64,000 nt of DNA from Spirochaetia bacterium (GTDB lineage Bacteria; Spirochaetota; Spirochaetia; UBA9216). The stretch covers positions 384,001 through 448,000 of the forward strand of contig CAXXYH010000003.1 of the NCBI GenBank assembly GCA_963677925.2, written 5' to 3'. Position numbers and translations under genes: made by a program. Positions 59,171 through 64,000 of the stretch are shown here, piece by piece. The notes beneath the pieces were generated by a model. That model was not told where the DNA came from and searched no databases. It saw only the letters and a program-made list of their open reading frames with translations. The stretch's first letter is position 1. Each line of letters opens with the position of its first letter.

Positions 59171-60271
59171 ATGAACAAACTGAATATAAAACCAGCCTCT
59201 GAATGCCGCTGGGATGCAGCAGCACTCGGTGAAATAATGCTTAGATTCGATCCGGGTGACGGAAGAATTCGAAATACCCGTGAGTTCAGAGTATGGGAAG
59301 GCGGAGGCGAATACAATGTAATCCGCGGACTTCATAAATGCTTCAAACTCAGAACAACAGTAGTAACAGGTATACCTGATAATGATCTGGGTCTTCTGTT
59401 GGAAGATCTTATCTGTCAGGGCGGCGTTGATTATTCATATTCAAAAACCTTCCCCTACGACGGCATGGGAATCAACTACCGGCAGGGACTTAACTTTGTT
59501 GAAAAAGGCTTCGGAGTTAGAGGCGCATTGGGAGTTTCAGACAGAGCTCATACCGCCGCATCTTCAATTAAAGCCGGCGAAATAGACTGGAAGGCACTTT
59601 TTGATAAAGAAGGCGTAAGATGGTTTCATACCGGAGGAATCTATGCAGCCCTTTCCGAGGATGCTGCTGAGCTCACAATAGAAGCAATGAAGGCCGCAAA
59701 GGCTGCCGGGACTGTAGTAAGTTATGACCTCAACTATCGTCCGTCCCTGTGGAAAGCAAACGGTGGGCAGCAGAAGGCTCAGGAAATAAACCGTGAAATT
59801 GCAAAATATGTTGATGTAATGATAGGAAATGAAGAAGACTTTTCAGCAGCACTCGGCTTTGAACTTAAGAGCGCAGAGAAAGGATTTAAGGGCCTTGATA
59901 TTGAGAACTACAAGGACATGATGAGAACCGTTGCTTCCGAGTATCCTAATTTCTGCGCTATAGCAACAACTCTCAGAGATGTAAAATCAGCCACGGTGAA
60001 CGACTGGAGTGCAGTCCTTTATACTGACGATGAGTTTTATTATTCAATTGAAAGACCGGCACTTGAAATATACGACAGAGTCGGCGGCGGCGATTCATTT
60101 GCATCCGGATTGGTATATGGATTTCTTCAGGGATTTGATCCTGAGAAGTGTGTGAACTTCGGAGCCGCACATGGTGCACTTGCAATGACAACCCCCGGAG
60201 ATACCTCTATGGCATCGCTTAAAGAAGTAGAAAAACTTGCAGGCGGGGGAAACGCACGGGTAGATAGATAG
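59171..60271 (+). CDS. kdgK: 2-keto-3-deoxygluconate kinase (PfkB family)
   Basis: AGGAG RBS; LGEIMLR, GGGEYNV, YDLNYRPSLW, GNEED, DRVGGGDSF. Confidence 0.88.
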   Translation: MNKLNIKPASECRWDAAALGEIMLRFDPGDGRIRNTREFRVWEGGGEYNVIRGLHKCFKLRTTVVTGIPDNDLGLLLEDLICQGGVDYSYSKTFPYDGMGINYRQGLNFVEKGFGVRGALGVSDRAHTAASSIKAGEIDWKALFDKEGVRWFHTGGIYAALSEDAAELTIEAMKAAKAAGTVVSYDLNYRPSLWKANGGQQKAQEINREIAKYVDVMIGNEEDFSAALGFELKSAEKGFKGLDIENYKDMMRTVASEYPNFCAIATTLRDVKSATVNDWSAVLYTDDEFYYSIERPALEIYDRVGGGDSFASGLVYGFLQGFDPEKCVNFGAAHGALAMTTPGDTSMASLKEVEKLAGGGNARVDR

Positions 60272-60329
60272 TATCTGCATAATGTCCAATTGCAGGTTTT
60301 TTCTTAATTCATATTTTTCAAATAATTCT

Positions 60330-60364
60330 GCCCTGTGATATAACAGCTCACAGGGCTTCTTTTC
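60330..60364 (+). terminator. Terminator after kdgK
   Basis: GCCCTGTGA/TCACAGGGC stem + TTCTTTT. Confidence 0.75.
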
Positions 60365-61786
60365 TTAATAAGAATCTAAAAGCTGGATAAGATATGGATA
60401 TCCATTATTGATATCTGAATTGCTATCCCATTTTTCAGTAAAATCCCAGCCCTCGGCAATAAAGTTAGTTTCATCCTGCATTAAAATTGTAATCATCGAC
60501 ATTCCGATATCAGTCCAACTGTTACCCGAGCCCCCTGCGTCAATATAACCAGAGGTTTGAGCGTCATAAAAACAGGCTGTCACAATGCCGGTGTTTTGCC
60601 CTACCAGCCCACCGATAAAAGCAGAACCTGAAACAAAGCCTGTTGAATAACAGTTGGATACATCTATTGAAACATTAGTACCGATGAGACCTCCTGTATT
60701 GGTAATTCCTTCAACCGCTCCCATTGCATAGCTGTCGGTCACTGTTCCAGCTGATACAAGTCCAGCAAGTCCGCCGGTATCAGTGTCTCCTGAAACATTT
60801 CCGGTTGCGTAACAGGCTGTTATCTCACTTATATCTGAATCGCATAGCCCTACAAGTCCTCCGACCTGTATCAATCCTTCGACATTTCCGGTTGAAAAGC
60901 TGCGATAAATCTTGCCGGGGTTATTACCGACCAGACCTCCTCCACACTGCGCTTTTGAGATTACAGCTGTATCAGAACTGCAGCGAATGATTAGACCTTC
61001 GTTATATCCTGTTAACCCACCTATATCAATTTGACCTTCGACACTTCCTGAGACTTTGCAATCTGTAATAACGCCCATATTCCAGCCTGTCAGACAACCG
61101 CTTCCGCAACCCACATTCAAATTTACATCAGTTAGATTTAATCCATATATATGACCAGTTGAATAGGAGAAAAGACCCTTATAATGTTCATCTATGTCCT
61201 TATCAATTTTTAAATTTGATATAGTATGCCCGTTTCCGCTGAAAGAACCTGAAAAAACAAGTGCAGTAGGGTCAGAGCTGTAGCAAATGGGGGTCCATTC
61301 TACATTATCAAGATTAATATCTTTTGCAAGCAGATATGCACCATCGGGATTGCTGCTTATATTCAGCAGTTCATCTGCAGTAGTAATAATGCTGTATTCA
61401 TCTGTTTCCCCGTCAAGTGATGGTGAAATATAAAGAGTATAATCAGCAGATTTATAGCCTGCAGTATCTACCGTATTGAAAGTGATGGTGTAAATGTAGT
61501 AATAGCCGGCAAGATCACTGATAACAAAACTTTCTTCTCCGGCACTTATTGTTCCGCTGAATGTATCAGTGTCACTGGAAACATTATACATAATGTAATT
61601 AAAATCATCCGCCTCCGGATCTGTCCATGTAAAAGATATTGAACTATCAGTTGTGGAAAGACTGACAAGCGAAAACATTTCAGGCGCAATTATAGCCGCT
61701 GTTTCAATACTCTCATCACATGAAAAGAAAAGTAAAAATGATACTGACAGAACAATGATAAAAATTGGAATAGTAAACTTTTTCAT
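60365..61786 (-). CDS. GLUG-repeat surface lipoprotein with N-terminal FN3-like domain
   Basis: Lipobox FFSC; FTWTDP; F.GNGHTISNL; repeated GGL(V/A/T)G.N...CY(S/A)TG.V.G; INNGYPYL. Confidence 0.85.
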   Translation of the reverse strand: MKKFTIPIFIIVLSVSFLLFFSCDESIETAAIIAPEMFSLVSLSTTDSSISFTWTDPEADDFNYIMYNVSSDTDTFSGTISAGEESFVISDLAGYYYIYTITFNTVDTAGYKSADYTLYISPSLDGETDEYSIITTADELLNISSNPDGAYLLAKDINLDNVEWTPICYSSDPTALVFSGSFSGNGHTISNLKIDKDIDEHYKGLFSYSTGHIYGLNLTDVNLNVGCGSGCLTGWNMGVITDCKVSGSVEGQIDIGGLTGYNEGLIIRCSSDTAVISKAQCGGGLVGNNPGKIYRSFSTGNVEGLIQVGGLVGLCDSDISEITACYATGNVSGDTDTGGLAGLVSAGTVTDSYAMGAVEGITNTGGLIGTNVSIDVSNCYSTGFVSGSAFIGGLVGQNTGIVTACFYDAQTSGYIDAGGSGNSWTDIGMSMITILMQDETNFIAEGWDFTEKWDSNSDINNGYPYLIQLLDSY

Positions 61787-61845
61787 ATATCACCTCTGAA
61801 ATTTTTATTTCAGCAAGCAATATAGATCAAAATGAAAAGCAGATC

Positions 61846-61873
61846 GTCCCGCTGGATACAGCGGGACTTTTTT
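61846..61873. terminator. Hairpin after the phosphatase-glycosidase gene
   Basis: GTCCCGCTG-GATA-CAGCGGGAC; T6 tail on + strand. Confidence 0.65.
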
Positions 61874-61891
61874 CTAACATTTGAATAAGCT

Positions 61892-63964
61892 TTAATGCTG
61901 CAGGCTGTCGTATGCGCTGATAAAGCCGGCAGCTGACCATGCCTGAAAGGCTTTTCCCATTGGTCGGCCGGTTTGGCCATGTACCCACTCATTGAATTCC
62001 CATTCATACCGGGCACCCTTCTCGTTTACCTGAGCAAGTCTGAAAAGTTCATTTTGAGCGAGGTTACGCATACCAAGGCTGCTGATGAACTGCACCCAGT
62101 ATGAACCGATAAACGGCCATATGCCGCCGTTATGATAGTGATGCGGAAGGTTAAGCAAATTTACTGTATAATACTGCCGCCAGCCCGGATCTCCGGCATT
62201 TACCGGCGGATACAGGTTTGCAACCGGAGAGGGTTCATTTACACCGACACCCCACATAAAACTGAAGGCAGTCCGAGCCTTCTCCAGTGATATTACATTA
62301 AATAGAGCAGCAAGAATATTCGCGTAGACATCGCATCTCCAGTCGAATCCAAAGGGTGTAATTTCTGCAAGAAGGTACTGTGTATCACCAAGTGAATACT
62401 GCTGATCAGCAAATGTTTTTATAGTATCACTGTGGATACTTGGCCAGAATTTTCTATTAATAGTCTGCTTTATTGACTGTGACTTTCTGAGATAGAAACC
62501 GGCTTTTTCATAATCACCTGTAAGCTCGGCTATTCTTCCGGCACAAAGATTACAGTAGAACCACAGTACTTCATCGTAGAGTACATTGTAACTTCTGCCG
62601 AAAAGGTCCATCCAGTCTCCTGCTTCCGGAACTTCGATAAGGTCATCGGCATTACTGTCATGAGCCCAGAGCCAGTCCAGAATTTTAAAGATCACATCCT
62701 TCCAGGCTCTAAGATAAGTATAATCCCTGGCTTTCCTTATATAATGGTAAAAGGCAATTACAAGCCAGAGTCCGCTGTCAATTGAGGCAATTCCGCCGAC
62801 TCCTGAATAGTCCGGGGTCAAATCATCAATACGTACATTGCTTGGAACCTGACCTGATTTTTTAACATTTTCAAGCAGAGTATCAAGAGTTCGGCGCTGA
62901 GCATGCTCAATTTCTTCATCCTCAAGGCTCAATGAGTTCATGACTGTAATAGCTCCATCACGAGCCCAAATACTTTTGTAATTTGCATCAGTAGCCTCAA
63001 AAGAATTATATTCAAGGCTGCATGCAGAAAAACCATGAGCGGTTATATTTTTCTTCAGAGCATCCACGGCCCTGGAATATGCAGTTTCAATATAATCAAC
63101 CTGATTATCATCAAGTTGATTAAATGTTTCCGAACGTACTACGCCGCGAATTGAAGGAGCGTATTTCCTGTGTTCTATATCTATGCCGCTTTCATCTTCG
63201 ATTTCATCGATTACACCATAATGTATCAAGCCGTCAAGAATTCCATCAGCAATTGTTTCTATAGAAATATAAGTATCAAGTTCAACCGTAGCAGCGAAAA
63301 GTTCAGGCTGTGAGTTTTCAACAACAATTCCCTTAACACCTGGGACAAAAAACATTGAAGAATCATTACCCGTATCACCGCCTACAATAACTTCTTCACC
63401 CTTTATATTCAGATTTTCCATTAACCACTTAAGAGCATTTCCCTTGTTCGCGTACTCAGGAAGAACATCCAGATCTCTGGAACTTGAATAAACAAGATTT
63501 ACACGTAAACCCGCTTTTTCAAGCATCTGCTTAATTTCATCTATACGCTCCTTTGCTGCGTCATGAATATACCATGAGGATTTAAAAGCATCCTGAAATT
63601 TTTCCGGCTGACGGGTCAGATCAATTTCTGCTGAAAGAATTTCTTCTACAAGTTTTCCGTCCCATCCGCTTGTGAGAGTATTATTAAATTCTTTCAGAAC
63701 GGTCTCTACTCCCGCATCATAGATAAGTGTTCCAACCCCGCATATACAGTAATCAGGTTTTGGAAGGTCACTTGAAGCTATGAGATCAAGAGTACTTTTA
63801 AGCAGCCTTCCGGAATTATAGCAAAGCAGAGGGCGCTTCTCTTCAGGGAGCTTTTCATAAGTCAGTTTGAATCTCAGCGTTGCATCAGGTTTTCCGATAA
63901 GAGTTCCATCCAGATCAAAGGACATAAGTTTAATATTTGTATCAGTATCATTAAAGGTTTTCAT
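61892..63964 (-). CDS. Fusion: sucrose-phosphatase-type HAD-IIB domain + GH100/invertase-like glycosidase
   Basis: FDLDGT, NSGR, LDVLP..NKG, GDTGND; then WARDG, DSGLW, YHNGGIWP, FNEW, QAWSAA. Confidence 0.85.
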   Translation of the reverse strand: MKTFNDTDTNIKLMSFDLDGTLIGKPDATLRFKLTYEKLPEEKRPLLCYNSGRLLKSTLDLIASSDLPKPDYCICGVGTLIYDAGVETVLKEFNNTLTSGWDGKLVEEILSAEIDLTRQPEKFQDAFKSSWYIHDAAKERIDEIKQMLEKAGLRVNLVYSSSRDLDVLPEYANKGNALKWLMENLNIKGEEVIVGGDTGNDSSMFFVPGVKGIVVENSQPELFAATVELDTYISIETIADGILDGLIHYGVIDEIEDESGIDIEHRKYAPSIRGVVRSETFNQLDDNQVDYIETAYSRAVDALKKNITAHGFSACSLEYNSFEATDANYKSIWARDGAITVMNSLSLEDEEIEHAQRRTLDTLLENVKKSGQVPSNVRIDDLTPDYSGVGGIASIDSGLWLVIAFYHYIRKARDYTYLRAWKDVIFKILDWLWAHDSNADDLIEVPEAGDWMDLFGRSYNVLYDEVLWFYCNLCAGRIAELTGDYEKAGFYLRKSQSIKQTINRKFWPSIHSDTIKTFADQQYSLGDTQYLLAEITPFGFDWRCDVYANILAALFNVISLEKARTAFSFMWGVGVNEPSPVANLYPPVNAGDPGWRQYYTVNLLNLPHHYHNGGIWPFIGSYWVQFISSLGMRNLAQNELFRLAQVNEKGARYEWEFNEWVHGQTGRPMGKAFQAWSAAGFISAYDSLQH

Positions 63965-64000
63965 CTTTCCTCAGTTTATCAGTTCAGTACAGTGCTTCTG

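Overview
Chromosomal window of a moderately AT-rich, probably free-living anaerobic spirochaete. The assignment is inferred from gene order: ispE-spoVG-tRNA-Gln-rplY, rplU-prp-rpmA-obgE-nadD-yqeK-LCP-rsfS, and murG-cvpA-holB-like-HK-sigma54 activator, plus a DUF5312-like gene. About 1-35 kb is mostly core housekeeping (translation, branched-chain amino acid and carbamoyl-phosphate synthesis, three tRNAs). About 35-64 kb is accessory: a binding-protein/kinase pair, a self-contained galactitol-family PTS operon, a Zn/Fe homeostasis region, surface proteins, KdgR/KdgK and a phosphatase-glycosidase fusion. No mobile element, prophage or CRISPR array was seen. The best signals missed by the ORF track are: (1) an apparently leaderless 30-aa Ile/Leu leader peptide with a full terminator/antiterminator switch upstream of ilvB-ilvN-leuA-cimA; (2) at least seven apparently leaderless genes; (3) a 53-aa membrane ORF and a Thr46 HPr in a PTS operon with no catabolic enzyme; (4) a ZnuA-like protein sharing an operator motif with a non-ABC permease pair; (5) MerR, ArgR, Fur, Zur-like and DtxR-like operators; (6) a Prp protease next to an L27 that lacks the extension Prp cleaves, a Cys-less DapF homologue and a 56% acidic small protein; (7) two single-base gene lesions. 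All family assignments come from motif recognition by eye; no database search was run.
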